Position numbers and translations under genes: made by a program. Shown here in pieces: positions 10,834 through 20,949 of a stretch of DNA of 64,000 nt. Each line of letters starts with the position of its first letter. Positions within the stretch are counted from its first letter, which is position 1. The stretch covers positions 2,506,858 through 2,570,857 of the forward strand of contig OZ220699.1 in the NCBI GenBank assembly GCA_965116565.1, read 5' to 3'. Below the pieces are notes generated by a model. That model was not told the DNA's origin, made no database searches, and was given only the letters and a program-made list of their open reading frames with translations. The DNA is from Dehalococcoidia bacterium (GTDB lineage Bacteria; Chloroflexota; Dehalococcoidia; Lucifugimonadales; UBA3495).

Positions 10834-11637
10834 CTACCGTGAAGCCAGGACGGAGGCGCCCGTCAGGGAACGTACTTTCGCGGCGGTATCCTCGGCGGTC
10901 ACCAATGCTTCACCCACTAGCACCGCATCGACGCCATATGGTTGCAGGCGCGCCAGATCGTCGGGAGTGCTGATTCCACTTTCGCTCACAATCAGTTTGC
11001 CGGTTGGAACCGAGGAGGCTAGACGTTCGGTAGTTGCCAGGTCCGTCACAAACGTGTGCAGATCTCGGTTGTTGATGCCAATGACTTCCGCTCCGGAGTC
11101 GACCGCAGTCGCGATTTCGTCTTCGTCGTGGGTTTCTACCAGCGGCGTCATACCCAAGGCGCGACCCAGGTCAATCAACTCTGACAACTGCGATGCGGAC
11201 AGGATGTCGACAATCAGCAGGTATGTGTCCGCTCCAATCGCTCGAGCTTCGTAAATTTGGTAGGGGTCGAACAGAAAGTCTTTGCGGAGCACTGGAGCGC
11301 TGCCGGACGCGCCGCTGTCTTTGACCCCGGTCAGGTGCTCCGGCTCTCCCAGGAAATGACCATCGGTAATCACCGATACCGCCGATGCGCCATTGCCCAC
11401 GTAGGTAGCCGCCAGTTCCATAGGTCTGAAGTCTTCACGCAACAGCCCCTTGGACGGCGATGCTTTTTTCACCTCCGCTATCAAGCTGATCCCATCGGCC
11501 CGAAGAGCGCCGGCGAAATCCAGCGCCGGCGGGCGACTTGCGATCACCTCCCGTAACGCATCGATCGATACACTCCGCTTCGAAGCGTTCAGTTCCTCGC
11601 GTTTCTTTTCGACTATCTTGTCAAGGATGCTCGGCAT
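10834..11637 (-). CDS. trpC: Indole-3-glycerol-phosphate synthase
   Basis: IGPS sequence (IAEVKKASPSKG, GINNRDL). Confidence 0.9.
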   Translation of the reverse strand: MPSILDKIVEKKREELNASKRSVSIDALREVIASRPPALDFAGALRADGISLIAEVKKASPSKGLLREDFRPMELAATYVGNGASAVSVITDGHFLGEPEHLTGVKDSGASGSAPVLRKDFLFDPYQIYEARAIGADTYLLIVDILSASQLSELIDLGRALGMTPLVETHDEDEIATAVDSGAEVIGINNRDLHTFVTDLATTERLASSVPTGKLIVSESGISTPDDLARLQPYGVDAVLVGEALVTAEDTAAKVRSLTGASVLASR

Positions 11638-11651
11638 CTGGGTCGTATCCT

Positions 11652-12677
11652 TTATCCCGATTCAGGGGCTAAGTCCTGGGTCAAGGAGATCATGGAGTTC
11701 AGCTTATCGGCAGCCTTGCCCTGGTCAATCGACGCTTTGGCCATTTCGATGCCTTCACCGAGTGAAGCCGTCATGTCTCCGGCGACCAACGCCGCCGCGC
11801 TGTTCAGCACCACGGCGTCCGTGATGGGACCGGTCGCTCCGGAGAGAACGCCCCGCATGGTGGCCGCATTGTCCGCTGGATTCCCGCCACGCAGATCTTC
11901 CGGCGCGGCATGTGCCAAGCCCAGTTGCCGCGGTTGCACAACGTACGGCTTGACCGTCCCGTCCAGGACCTCCCACCCTTGGGTGTCGCTGCCCAACGAA
12001 ATCTCATCCATCCCGTCGTCGCTATGGACGATGATGGCGTGGTGAGTGCCAAACAGGCGCAGCGCCTCGGCCACTTTCTCGCCAACCTCCGGATAGCCCA
12101 CGCCTATCAGTTGGCAGGAAACGCCCGCCGGATTCGTCATCGGGCCCAGCACGTTGAAGACCGTTCGAATCCCGATCTCCCGTCGCACGGGGGCGGCATA
12201 GCGCATGGCAGGGTGATAAGCCGGGGCGAACATGAACCCAATGCCGATCTCCCGGAGGCATCGTTCAACGGCTTCCGGGGGCAACTCTATGCAGACGCCT
12301 AGCGCCTCAAGGACGTCCGCGCTTCCGCAATCGCCCGACGCTGCCCGGTTGCCGTGTTTCGCGACGGTCAAACCCGCCCCGGACACGACGAATGCCGCAG
12401 CGGTGGATATGTTGAACGTCCCCTTGCGGTCCCCTCCGGTGCCGCACGTGTCAATGGCCGGGCCGCCCGGGTCCACGCGCAGCGATTTTTCACGCATGAC
12501 GGTGGCAAACCCCGCGATCTCCTCAGGTGTCTCTCCCTTGAGGGCAAGGGCCGTCAGGTAGGATCCCAGCTGAGCCGGCGTGGCCTCCCCTTCCATTACC
12601 TCGCGCATCACCTCGACGGCTTCCAGCATGGAAAGGGACTCGCCGGCAGCGGCCGCTGATATTGCTTCGCGGATCAT
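11652..12677 (-). CDS. trpD: Anthranilate phosphoribosyltransferase
   Basis: TrpD sequence (CGTGGDRKGTFNISTAAAFV). I chose the ATG at 12677; a TTG at 12689 is the alternative start. Confidence 0.9.
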   Translation of the reverse strand: MIREAISAAAAGESLSMLEAVEVMREVMEGEATPAQLGSYLTALALKGETPEEIAGFATVMREKSLRVDPGGPAIDTCGTGGDRKGTFNISTAAAFVVSGAGLTVAKHGNRAASGDCGSADVLEALGVCIELPPEAVERCLREIGIGFMFAPAYHPAMRYAAPVRREIGIRTVFNVLGPMTNPAGVSCQLIGVGYPEVGEKVAEALRLFGTHHAIIVHSDDGMDEISLGSDTQGWEVLDGTVKPYVVQPRQLGLAHAAPEDLRGGNPADNAATMRGVLSGATGPITDAVVLNSAAALVAGDMTASLGEGIEMAKASIDQGKAADKLNSMISLTQDLAPESG

Positions 12678-12712
12678 CAGTTGTTGCAACTCAGGTAGAA
12701 TATCCGGCGACT

Positions 12713-12721
12713 ATCATAGCA
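12713..12721 (-). promoter_or_regulatory. Extended -10 promoter candidate (TGCTATGAT) for trpD
   Basis: The reverse complement of ATCATAGCA reads TGCTATGAT, about 35-45 nt upstream of the trpD start. Confidence 0.4.
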
Positions 12722-12773
12722 CGCCGCGCCGACGTGCCTTGGCCCATCAGTCGATCACATGAGAGGATGAAAT

Positions 12774-13574
12774 ATGCGCGTCGATGTCCACACGCACGTC
12801 TGGCCGGATCGCATCGCTGATGCCGTCGCAGACAACATGGAATCGGAACTGGGCTTTGCCCCCATTGCGGCAAACACCGTCGACGGCATCAAATCCCACA
12901 TGCGGTCGTCAGGGGTGGACAAATCCATCGTGTTGGGTGTCGCATCTCGTGCTGAACAGGTGAGGAGAGCGAACGATTGGCTCATCTCAATCGCCGACGA
13001 CATGCTTGTCCCGTTTGGAGCCGTTCACCCTGGCCTGGAAGACAAGGCCGGTGAGATTCGCCACCTCAGAGACAATGGTGTCAAAGGGATAAAAATGCAT
13101 CCGGTCATCAACGGATTTTTCCCGGACGACCCACAATGGTTCCCGGTTTACGAGGAATTGGGCGACGACATGACCCTGGCAATACACTCAGGCCGGTTGC
13201 CTCACCAGGCTACCGACGCCACCCTGTACGCTGCCCCGGAGCGCATCATGAATATCGTCCGGCGGTTCCCGAAGCTCAAGGTGATCGCGCTGCACCTGGG
13301 CGGTTTCTACATGCTCGACGAGGCGGAGCGGGTGTTGCTGGGACACGAAAACATTCTCGTGGACACCACCTGGCCGCCCTCTATACGCGAACTCACTGCT
13401 GGCACCATCACGGCGATCATCGCCAGGCACGGCGCGCACAAAGTGTGTTTCGGCACCGACTATCCCCTGGTCGATATGGGTACCGAGTCCGATTACTTGG
13501 CATCACTTCCGTTGTCGTCGGCACAGGTGGAAGGAATCCTGGGCGAAAACGCCCGGCGGTTCATCGGCCTTTAG
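12774..13574 (+). CDS. Amidohydrolase-family metal-dependent hydrolase (TIM barrel)
   Basis: MRVDVHTHVWP N-terminal HxH motif and amidohydrolase_2-like length. Confidence 0.8.
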   Translation: MRVDVHTHVWPDRIADAVADNMESELGFAPIAANTVDGIKSHMRSSGVDKSIVLGVASRAEQVRRANDWLISIADDMLVPFGAVHPGLEDKAGEIRHLRDNGVKGIKMHPVINGFFPDDPQWFPVYEELGDDMTLAIHSGRLPHQATDATLYAAPERIMNIVRRFPKLKVIALHLGGFYMLDEAERVLLGHENILVDTTWPPSIRELTAGTITAIIARHGAHKVCFGTDYPLVDMGTESDYLASLPLSSAQVEGILGENARRFIGL

Positions 13575-15648
13575 TTTCACCGTGCTGTTCCACTCCCAAT
13601 GTGTGCAGCACGAACGCGTACTCCTCGGCCACTTCCTTGATCCGTTCGAACCTGCCGGATGCGCCGGCGTGCCCCGCATCCATGTGTATCTTGAGCAACA
13701 ACGGATTGGAGTCGGTGCGCGTGGCTCGCAGCTTGGCAACCCATTTGGCAGGCTCCCAGTAGGTCACGCGAGGGTCGCTGATCCCGGCGGTGACCAGCAT
13801 CGGCGGGTAATCCTGCGACCGCACGTTGTCGTAAGGCGAATAGGATGAGATGTATCGGAAGTACTCGGATTCGTTGGGGTTGCCCCACTCGTTGTACTCC
13901 ATGGTGGTGAGCGGCAGGGTGTCGTCCAGCATGGTGTTGAGCACGTCCACGAATGGAACGTGGGCTACCACACAACCGAACAGGTCCGGTCTCTCGTTGG
14001 CCACCACTCCCATCAACATGCCGCCGGCGCTCCCCCCCACCGCTGCGATCCGCTGCCCGGACGTATAACCCTCGGCTATCAGGTGCTCGGCGCAGTCGAT
14101 GAAATCATTGAACGTATTGCGCTTGTTCAGCAATTTGCCGTTCTCATACCAGTCCCATCCCATCTCCATGCCGCCGCGAATGTGAGCGATAGCGAAGATG
14201 AACCCACGATCCACAAGGCTCAACGCGGAAATGCTGAAACTTGCCTCCATGGTCAACCCATAACTCCCGTAACCATACAGGTAGAGGGGCGCCGGGCCTT
14301 GACCCTCAACGCCGCGTCGCATCAGCAAACTGATGGGAACCTGGGTGCCATCCCTGGCCGTAGCCCAAATGCGGCGAGTTTCGTAACCGGTCGACTCATA
14401 ACCCGACGGGATTTCCTGTTGTTTCCGGAGTACCGCCTGCCGCGTTTCCATGTCATAGTCGTAAACGGCGGCCGGTGTTTTTAGAGATGTGTAGCCGAAC
14501 CGCAACGTTGTTGTGTCGAATTCACGACCCGATCGCGGCGACATGGCGAAATCATCCTCTTCGATCCCTGCCACGTAGTGGGTATCCCCGTCCAGAAGAC
14601 GCAAAACCATCACTTGAGGCAATCCATCGCGGCGGCAACCAACAACCAGATGCTCGCGATAAGCCTCGACCCCACGTATGGGTCTCCCGGATTCGTGCTC
14701 CAAAAATTCGGTCCAACTCTCCCAGCCTGGCGACGACACAGGCGTCGTTGCCACCATGAAATCTTTTGCGCCGTTCCCGTTGTGGCGTATGAAGAACCGG
14801 TCGCCGTGATCCACGACGTCGTATTCGAAGTCTGTCGATCGCGGCTCGATCAAGGTTAGGTCCGGCTGCGGATCGCTTGCGTCCAGGAAATACCATTCGG
14901 ACATGTTGTTGCCGCCGGCTACCACGTATATGAAACGCCCGGAGTTAGATTTGCCCACACCTACGAAAAACCGGGGATCGTCCTCGTGGTACACCAGTTG
15001 GTCATCGGCAGGATCATCGCGCAGGCGGTGCCTGAAAATGCTCACGGGCCGATGGTGCTCGTCCAGAATCGAGTAGTAAATGTGCTGGTTATCGTTGCAC
15101 CATTCAAGGCTGTAATAGGTGTTCGGGATCGTGTCCGGCAGAGTGTCTCCGGTGACCAGGTCCAGCACGTGGATGGTGTACTGCTCGGAACCGTCGTGGT
15201 CGACGCCGTAGGCGATCATGCGGTGGTCGGGGCTGTTTTCGAACGTTCCTACGCGGGTGTATTCATGACCTGAGGCTAACAAATTCACGTCCAGCAGGAT
15301 CTCTTCGTCACCGTCCTCGCTCCCAAATTTCCGACAATAGATCGGGTATTGTCCGCCCTCTTCGTACCGCACGTAGTAGTAATAATCGCCCTCTTTTTCG
15401 GGGACCGTGTTGTCGTCCTCTTTGATCCGGCCCCGGATCTCTTCGTAAATGGTGTCCTGCAACGGCTTGAGCGGCTCCAGGAAGGCATCCGTGTATGCGT
15501 TTTCGGCGGTCAGGTACGCCATGGTCTCCGGATCGTCCTGCTCCCGCAGCCAGAACCAGCGGTCGGACCAGGTCTCGCCGAGTGCAGACACCATATGTGG
15601 TCGCTGGGACGCGACGGGTTGGGGAGGCAATCGTCCGGAGTCACTCAT
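13561..15648 (-). CDS. S9 prolyl oligopeptidase family peptidase (oligopeptidase B-like)
   Basis: 695 aa with an N-terminal propeller and a C-terminal GGSAGG serine nucleophile motif. Confidence 0.9.
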   Translation of the reverse strand: MSDSGRLPPQPVASQRPHMVSALGETWSDRWFWLREQDDPETMAYLTAENAYTDAFLEPLKPLQDTIYEEIRGRIKEDDNTVPEKEGDYYYYVRYEEGGQYPIYCRKFGSEDGDEEILLDVNLLASGHEYTRVGTFENSPDHRMIAYGVDHDGSEQYTIHVLDLVTGDTLPDTIPNTYYSLEWCNDNQHIYYSILDEHHRPVSIFRHRLRDDPADDQLVYHEDDPRFFVGVGKSNSGRFIYVVAGGNNMSEWYFLDASDPQPDLTLIEPRSTDFEYDVVDHGDRFFIRHNGNGAKDFMVATTPVSSPGWESWTEFLEHESGRPIRGVEAYREHLVVGCRRDGLPQVMVLRLLDGDTHYVAGIEEDDFAMSPRSGREFDTTTLRFGYTSLKTPAAVYDYDMETRQAVLRKQQEIPSGYESTGYETRRIWATARDGTQVPISLLMRRGVEGQGPAPLYLYGYGSYGLTMEASFSISALSLVDRGFIFAIAHIRGGMEMGWDWYENGKLLNKRNTFNDFIDCAEHLIAEGYTSGQRIAAVGGSAGGMLMGVVANERPDLFGCVVAHVPFVDVLNTMLDDTLPLTTMEYNEWGNPNESEYFRYISSYSPYDNVRSQDYPPMLVTAGISDPRVTYWEPAKWVAKLRATRTDSNPLLLKIHMDAGHAGASGRFERIKEVAEEYAFVLHTLGVEQHGETKGR

Positions 15649-16177
15649 CTATGTCCCTCACCTCTGAATGTTCCGCGGAGTCATCTCGACTCACCGGTTC
15701 CGCGCGCACTGATTCAGCCGCCGACATGATCGCTGCCATCTCGTCCTCCAGGTACCGTCGACATGCTCCGGGCCTGAGTTTGGCGACGAGGCTGCCAAAC
15801 CAGCCGCCATATTCGGCTCGAACGGCGAGGAAAGCGCAGCCGAAATCCTCGTTGGTGTACCCGGGATCGAGTTCGTCGGACATCCTCATCCGGTATGAAT
15901 ATTCCACGGAGAAACCCGGACCGATGGCCCGGTGGGAAAACGCGCTCGGCTTTTGCGCGCCGGTAACGATGCTGGTGAAACGATCGCGCCCGATGTGAAG
16001 TAGGATCCGGTGGCCCGGGGCCGGATTGTTGCCGTCGGGCAGGTCGGCACGCCGGTATCGCTTGCTGTGTATCGTCCGGCTCGGAAAGTCAACGACGGCT
16101 TGCCAGGCCTCGTCGGGTTGGCACGGGAGGATTTTGGAAATTTCGAACGCGGGCATGGGCGAGTCCGTGACGTCCAT
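15641..16177 (-). CDS. Putative SRPBCC-fold protein
   Basis: Plausible composition; start taken at the internal Met (MDVTDS). The family call rests on weak resemblance only. Confidence 0.5.
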   Translation of the reverse strand: MDVTDSPMPAFEISKILPCQPDEAWQAVVDFPSRTIHSKRYRRADLPDGNNPAPGHRILLHIGRDRFTSIVTGAQKPSAFSHRAIGPGFSVEYSYRMRMSDELDPGYTNEDFGCAFLAVRAEYGGWFGSLVAKLRPGACRRYLEDEMAAIMSAAESVRAEPVSRDDSAEHSEVRDIDE

Positions 16178-16269
16178 CGTTGCAGTGCGGCGGGTTTGAC
16201 CCCGTTGGCGTTTTGTGCAATTGTAGCGCACCACCATTCGCCGTCGGATGCTGCAGCGGGAACACAACT

Positions 16270-17529
16270 ATGCAAAATGGCGCGCTGACCGGTTTGAAGG
16301 TCCTGGACTTCACCCATTACATCGCCGGCCCGTTTTGCACGAAACTGCTCGCAGATTACGGCGCGGACGTCATCAAGGTGGAACCGCCTTGGGGCGATGG
16401 ATCCCGCCGCATCGGACCGTTCCCGGGAGACGAACCCGATCCGGAAAAAAGTGGTCTATTCCTGCACCTCAATACCAACAAACGCGGAATAGTCGTGGAT
16501 CTGAAGGATTCAGGCGCTGCTGATATTGTCCGCCAGTTGGTGCATCGGGCTGACATCGTAGTGGAAAATTTCCGTCCCGGGGTCGCGTCGCAGCTGGGAA
16601 TCGACTACGCGCGGCTCGCGAGCCTCAAACTTGGTCTGATTTACACCAGCATCTCCAATTTTGGTCAGACCGGTCCTTATCGGGACTACCGCGGGTCGGA
16701 GATCGTCTTCTACGGCATGGGCGGCGAAATGCACTCAACCGGTCTGGCAGACCGTGAGCCTCTTAAACTGGGTGGCAACGTTGGCCTTTATCAGGCGGGC
16801 GCCGTTGCCGCAGTGGCAACCATGGGTGCCATCCTCGCCGGAGGGTTTGACGATCCCAATCCGGAAGATTCCACATTGGGTCAGCATATTGACGTTTCCA
16901 TTTTGGAAACACAACTTGGCTCAGTGGATCGACGACAGAGCGCACTCCTGGCCCATCAATACACGGGCGAATTGAGTCATAGGCCCGCGTCGGGCGGTTC
17001 GGGCGGCTTCCCCAACGCCGTGTATCCGTGCGCGGACGGTTATCTGCAGATCAACGGCAGCCGTATGTATTTCCCGCGCGCCGTGGCCATGCTCGGGAGT
17101 CCGGGGGAATTGTTGACCGACCGTTGGCGGAATCCCGCCTCGCAGGGCGATGCGGCGATGCAGGAGGAGTTTGAATCCGAGCATCTCCTTCCGTGGATGC
17201 TGGAACGAACTCGTGCCGATGCGTGGCAGGCGGCCCAGGAAAACCGTGTGCTATCGGGTCCAATCAACACCATGGCTGACCTTGACATTGATCCGTCTTT
17301 CAACGGACGTGGCGTTTTCGCTCAGGGTGATCATCCGGTGGCCGGCGACCTTAAGTATCCGGGTCGTCCTTTCGTCATGAGCCGGTCCCCTTGGGGATTG
17401 CGAAACACCGCGCCGCTTCTCGGCCAGCACACGGCAGAGATCCTCCGCGAGTTGGGCTACACGGACGCAGCGATCGAGAATCTTGCGGAATCCGGCGTCG
17501 TTGCGTTGCGACGCGAAAGCGTGGGTTAG
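16270..17529 (+). CDS. Family III CoA-transferase (CaiB/BaiF)
   Basis: MQNGALTGLKVLDFTHYIAGPFC N-terminus is typical of the family. Confidence 0.9.
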   Translation: MQNGALTGLKVLDFTHYIAGPFCTKLLADYGADVIKVEPPWGDGSRRIGPFPGDEPDPEKSGLFLHLNTNKRGIVVDLKDSGAADIVRQLVHRADIVVENFRPGVASQLGIDYARLASLKLGLIYTSISNFGQTGPYRDYRGSEIVFYGMGGEMHSTGLADREPLKLGGNVGLYQAGAVAAVATMGAILAGGFDDPNPEDSTLGQHIDVSILETQLGSVDRRQSALLAHQYTGELSHRPASGGSGGFPNAVYPCADGYLQINGSRMYFPRAVAMLGSPGELLTDRWRNPASQGDAAMQEEFESEHLLPWMLERTRADAWQAAQENRVLSGPINTMADLDIDPSFNGRGVFAQGDHPVAGDLKYPGRPFVMSRSPWGLRNTAPLLGQHTAEILRELGYTDAAIENLAESGVVALRRESVG

Positions 17530-17535
17530 ACTTTT

Positions 17536-18834
17536 ATGCCGCGACTTCCGCTTCAAGGATTGCGCGTTTTGGAGATCACCGTGGTTTGGGCGGGGCCATA
17601 CTGCGGCTCGTTTCTCGCTGACCTGGGAGCGGAAGTGATACGTGTCGAATCCACCAAAGCATTCGTGCCGTTGACACGTGGCGCCGCCCCGCGTCTGACC
17701 CAACAGGTCATTGACAACCTCCCCCTGTATTCCGGGGGCACCCCGGGGCGCGTCCCCGGTGATCGCCCATTCAACCGGTCTCCGATGTTCAACTCGCACG
17801 CCCGGAACAAACTCAGCATGACTGTGAATTTGCTCGATCCGGGTGGCCGAGAAATCTTTGATCGACTGGTCGCCATCAGCGATGTCTTGATTGAGAACAA
17901 TCCGACCGAAACGATGGAGAAATTGGGCATCTCCTACAAATCGCTCAAGTCGGTCAAAAGCGACATCATCATGCTCAGGATGCCGGCGTACGGGAGTACG
18001 GGCCCGTACCGGGATTTCCGAGCCCACGGGGTGCATATCGAGGGTGTGGTGGGGCACACGATGCTGAGAGGATACGAGGACACTGACCCTTCCTACAACA
18101 CTACCGTATTGATGTCGGACGCTGCCGCCGGCGCGCAAGGCGCTTTCGCGGTCTTGGCTGCCCTCCATCACCGCAAACGCACTGGCGAGGGACAGTTGGT
18201 GGAGCTTGGCCAAGCCGAAAACGTTTTTCCGTTTCTTGGCGAGTATTTCATGGACTACCAGATGAATGGGCGGACCCACGGGCCGACGGGAAACCGCCAC
18301 GCCTGGGCGCTGCAAAACTGCTATCCATGCGCCGGTGAGAATCGGTGGGTGGTCATTACGATTTATGACAACCCGCAATGGCTGGCGCTGTGCGAAGCGA
18401 TCAATGCTCCGGACTTGGCCGCCGACTCGGAACTGTCCAGCGCTGAGGGTCGGCGCGCACGTCAGGACGCAATCGACCACCGTGTCTCGGACTGGACTCG
18501 CGAACGGGATCCTGATGACATCATGCACGAGTTGCAGTGGCGAGGAATTCCCGCCGGTGCGGTGATGAACCAGGCTGATGCCTTTCGCGATGCGCATATC
18601 CAGGAACGGGGATTCTTCGAGGAGGCATGGCAGGCGGATTGCGGCACGCACTTGTATCCTGGCCCACTCTATAAGTTGTCTGCTACCCCTCTCAGCATCC
18701 GGCGCGGGCCGGTGATGTTCGGTCAGGACAATGAGTACGTGTATCGCGATTTGCTCGGGTATACCGCCGAGGAGTACGCAGCGTTCGAAGCCGCCGGCCA
18801 CATCGGCGCCGATTACGCCGAGGGAGTGGGCTGA
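17536..18834 (+). CDS. Family III CoA-transferase (CaiB/BaiF), second paralog
   Basis: LQGLRVLEITVVWAGPYCG N-terminus. It lies 6 nt after the previous paralog. Confidence 0.9.
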   Translation: MPRLPLQGLRVLEITVVWAGPYCGSFLADLGAEVIRVESTKAFVPLTRGAAPRLTQQVIDNLPLYSGGTPGRVPGDRPFNRSPMFNSHARNKLSMTVNLLDPGGREIFDRLVAISDVLIENNPTETMEKLGISYKSLKSVKSDIIMLRMPAYGSTGPYRDFRAHGVHIEGVVGHTMLRGYEDTDPSYNTTVLMSDAAAGAQGAFAVLAALHHRKRTGEGQLVELGQAENVFPFLGEYFMDYQMNGRTHGPTGNRHAWALQNCYPCAGENRWVVITIYDNPQWLALCEAINAPDLAADSELSSAEGRRARQDAIDHRVSDWTRERDPDDIMHELQWRGIPAGAVMNQADAFRDAHIQERGFFEEAWQADCGTHLYPGPLYKLSATPLSIRRGPVMFGQDNEYVYRDLLGYTAEEYAAFEAAGHIGADYAEGVG

Positions 18835-18934
18835 CCGCATCGCCTGTCAAGCCTCGTTCCTCGCTGTACTGTTCAGGGTTGATGAGGTGAATTGCCCGAA
18901 CTGGCTTTGCAGGAAGTGGCGTTGACGATAGTGC

Positions 18935-19768
18935 CTACGCCATGTAACGGAGATGGACGGGAAGATCGACCCCAAGGTGGCCGACCTGGATGTCCTGGTT
19001 GGCGTCGTCGTCCGCCATCAAGCCACCATCGAACGGCTGGGGAAACGGGTTGCTCAGTTGGAAAGGTGGGCCAAATCCGGGAGTTAGGACCGGATGCCCG
19101 GTCTCATGCCATGGGTCGAGCGTAAACCTTTTGAGGCCGAAGTTTCTCGCAAGCGGCGACCGCGCTGCTTTGCCCGGGTCGAGGCCACCCCTATGCAGCG
19201 GTTCGAGCATCCGGTGGGGAGTTGTCCGGAATCCGGCTGCGCCTGACGCGTTAGTACCCCGGGCCAACATTACTTCCTGCGCCGCAACCGCAGCAAAGCG
19301 GCGGTGGACGAAGCCTTGGACAGGGCCACCGGCGTGCTGGTCTGCGATTTCTGCTCCGCCTCCCGCCATTGCGACGGCTCCAGACAGCGCTGCTGTGCGC
19401 ATCTGCCGCGGGATATCCGCAGCCTGCAAACGCTCCACTCCGATGATGTGATGCTGGCACAATGGACTGACGCTGTCCAGCAACTCTACTGCTAGGCCAC
19501 TTTCTTTGCCCATCACCACAAAGGTCAGCGACGCGCCGTCCAAACGGCCCTGGAACGGCGGCGGCCCACCCTCCGCCAACCCTTCCTCAACGATCCGTCG
19601 GCGGCCCGGAGCAAGCCGTGCCGACGCATCCAACGCCACATCAAGGGACTCTTCGCCTTTGTGGCAGAACCGGACGTGCCACCGGACGACAACGCCTCCA
19701 ATCGCAACCCGCGCCATTGGGCCATCGGTCGCAAGATCGGCGGCGGCACCCGGCTCGGTGCCGGGCAC
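18935..19768 (-). CDS. Hypothetical protein (only long ORF in a 1.1-kb unassigned gap)
   Basis: A 277-codon ORF with a GTG start, no recognisable family and no Shine-Dalgarno motif. The opposite-strand frame sharing codon position 2 is broken by stops. Confidence 0.3.
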   Translation of the reverse strand: MPGTEPGAAADLATDGPMARVAIGGVVVRWHVRFCHKGEESLDVALDASARLAPGRRRIVEEGLAEGGPPPFQGRLDGASLTFVVMGKESGLAVELLDSVSPLCQHHIIGVERLQAADIPRQMRTAALSGAVAMAGGGAEIADQHAGGPVQGFVHRRFAAVAAQEVMLARGTNASGAAGFRTTPHRMLEPLHRGGLDPGKAARSPLARNFGLKRFTLDPWHETGHPVLTPGFGPPFQLSNPFPQPFDGGLMADDDANQDIQVGHLGVDLPVHLRYMA

Positions 19769-19942
19769 TCAGAGCAGGATGACTTTGGCTTCGCTATTCG
19801 GCGCCGGGCGAGCGCAGGTCCTCAACCCTCTCACACCCGGCCGCCAACTCCTGGCTTCCCCCAAGCCTGAACGGTTACTCCTCACTCACCGCCTTCTACA
19901 AACCGGTCGGCCGATGATACGATAAGCCCAATCTCCATTGAG

Positions 19943-20902
19943 GTGATGGCCATGCCCGAGAAACGTATAGGTATTCACGCCGGCGCTCCCAACGCGGAGG
20001 CGTCGCTCGACCTGATGCGACGCGCTGAATCTGCCGGCGTTCAAGCCACCTGGCTAACCACCGGCGGCACAGGTCTGGATGCCCTCACCTTGTTTTCTGC
20101 GGCCGCCGTGCAAACGGACAACATCCTGTTCGGCACCTCGATAGTCCCAACCTATCCGAGGCACCCGATCGTGGTGGCCCAGCAGGCGCAGGTGATCGAC
20201 CAGTTGGCGCCGGGGCGACTTCGTATCGGTGTTGGCCCGAGCCATAGACCTCCCATGCGGTCCATGTTCGGTTTCGACCTGAAAGCGCCGCTCACCAACC
20301 TGAGGGAGTATCTGCAAATCCTGCGCGCGTTGCTGCAGGAAGGCTCCGTTGATTTCGACGGACAGGAATACACGGCCCATGCGAGCATCCCCAGGCCGGT
20401 CAACGTTCCGGTGATGGCGTCCGCTCTACAGGAAGGGTCCTTCGAGTTGTGTGGCGCCGAAGCCGACGGTGCGATCAGTTGGGTGAGTCCGGCTGTATAT
20501 CTTCGCGACCGGGCTTTGCCCGCGATGCGGCGCGGATCGGATCAGGCTGGCCGCGAAACGCCCCCATTGATCGCTCACGCCCCGGTATGTATCAGCAACG
20601 ATGCCGGCGCGACAAGGTTAGCCGTCCAACAACAGCTTTCGAACTATCCCCGCTTGCCGTTCTACCAGCGGATGTGGGCTGCCGCCGGGTATCCGGAGGC
20701 CGCGGAGGAAACGTGGAGCGATGGCATGATAGAGGCCACAGTCCTGACCGGCGATGCCGACACCGTGGGAGATCGCATGGTGGCGATGCTGGATATGGGG
20801 ATCGACGAACTGTTGGTTACTCCGGTAACCGCTGGCGACGATCCTGCTGATGATATGGAGCAGACCATCCAACTGCTCGGTCGGGTCGCCCAATCTTTGT
20901 AG
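19943..20902 (+). CDS. LLM-class (luciferase-like) F420/flavin-dependent oxidoreductase
   Basis: LLM family sequence of 319 aa. Confidence 0.85.
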   Translation: MMAMPEKRIGIHAGAPNAEASLDLMRRAESAGVQATWLTTGGTGLDALTLFSAAAVQTDNILFGTSIVPTYPRHPIVVAQQAQVIDQLAPGRLRIGVGPSHRPPMRSMFGFDLKAPLTNLREYLQILRALLQEGSVDFDGQEYTAHASIPRPVNVPVMASALQEGSFELCGAEADGAISWVSPAVYLRDRALPAMRRGSDQAGRETPPLIAHAPVCISNDAGATRLAVQQQLSNYPRLPFYQRMWAAAGYPEAAEETWSDGMIEATVLTGDADTVGDRMVAMLDMGIDELLVTPVTAGDDPADDMEQTIQLLGRVAQSL

Positions 20903-20911
20903 TGAGGAGCG

Positions 20912-20949
20912 CCCCTGTGAAACTCGGACTCCCCTGTCAAACTCGGACT
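20912..20949 (+). repeat. 19-bp tandem duplication (2 copies, 1 mismatch)
   Basis: CCCCTGTGAAACTCGGACT / CCCCTGTCAAACTCGGACT. It spans the GTG start of the decayed LLM gene. Confidence 0.95.

Noticed and set aside
17251-18840. 529-aa ORF on the minus strand.
   Set aside because: It is antisense to two well-supported CoA-transferase genes. Its Arg/Gly/Pro-rich product is typical of shadow ORFs in high-GC DNA.
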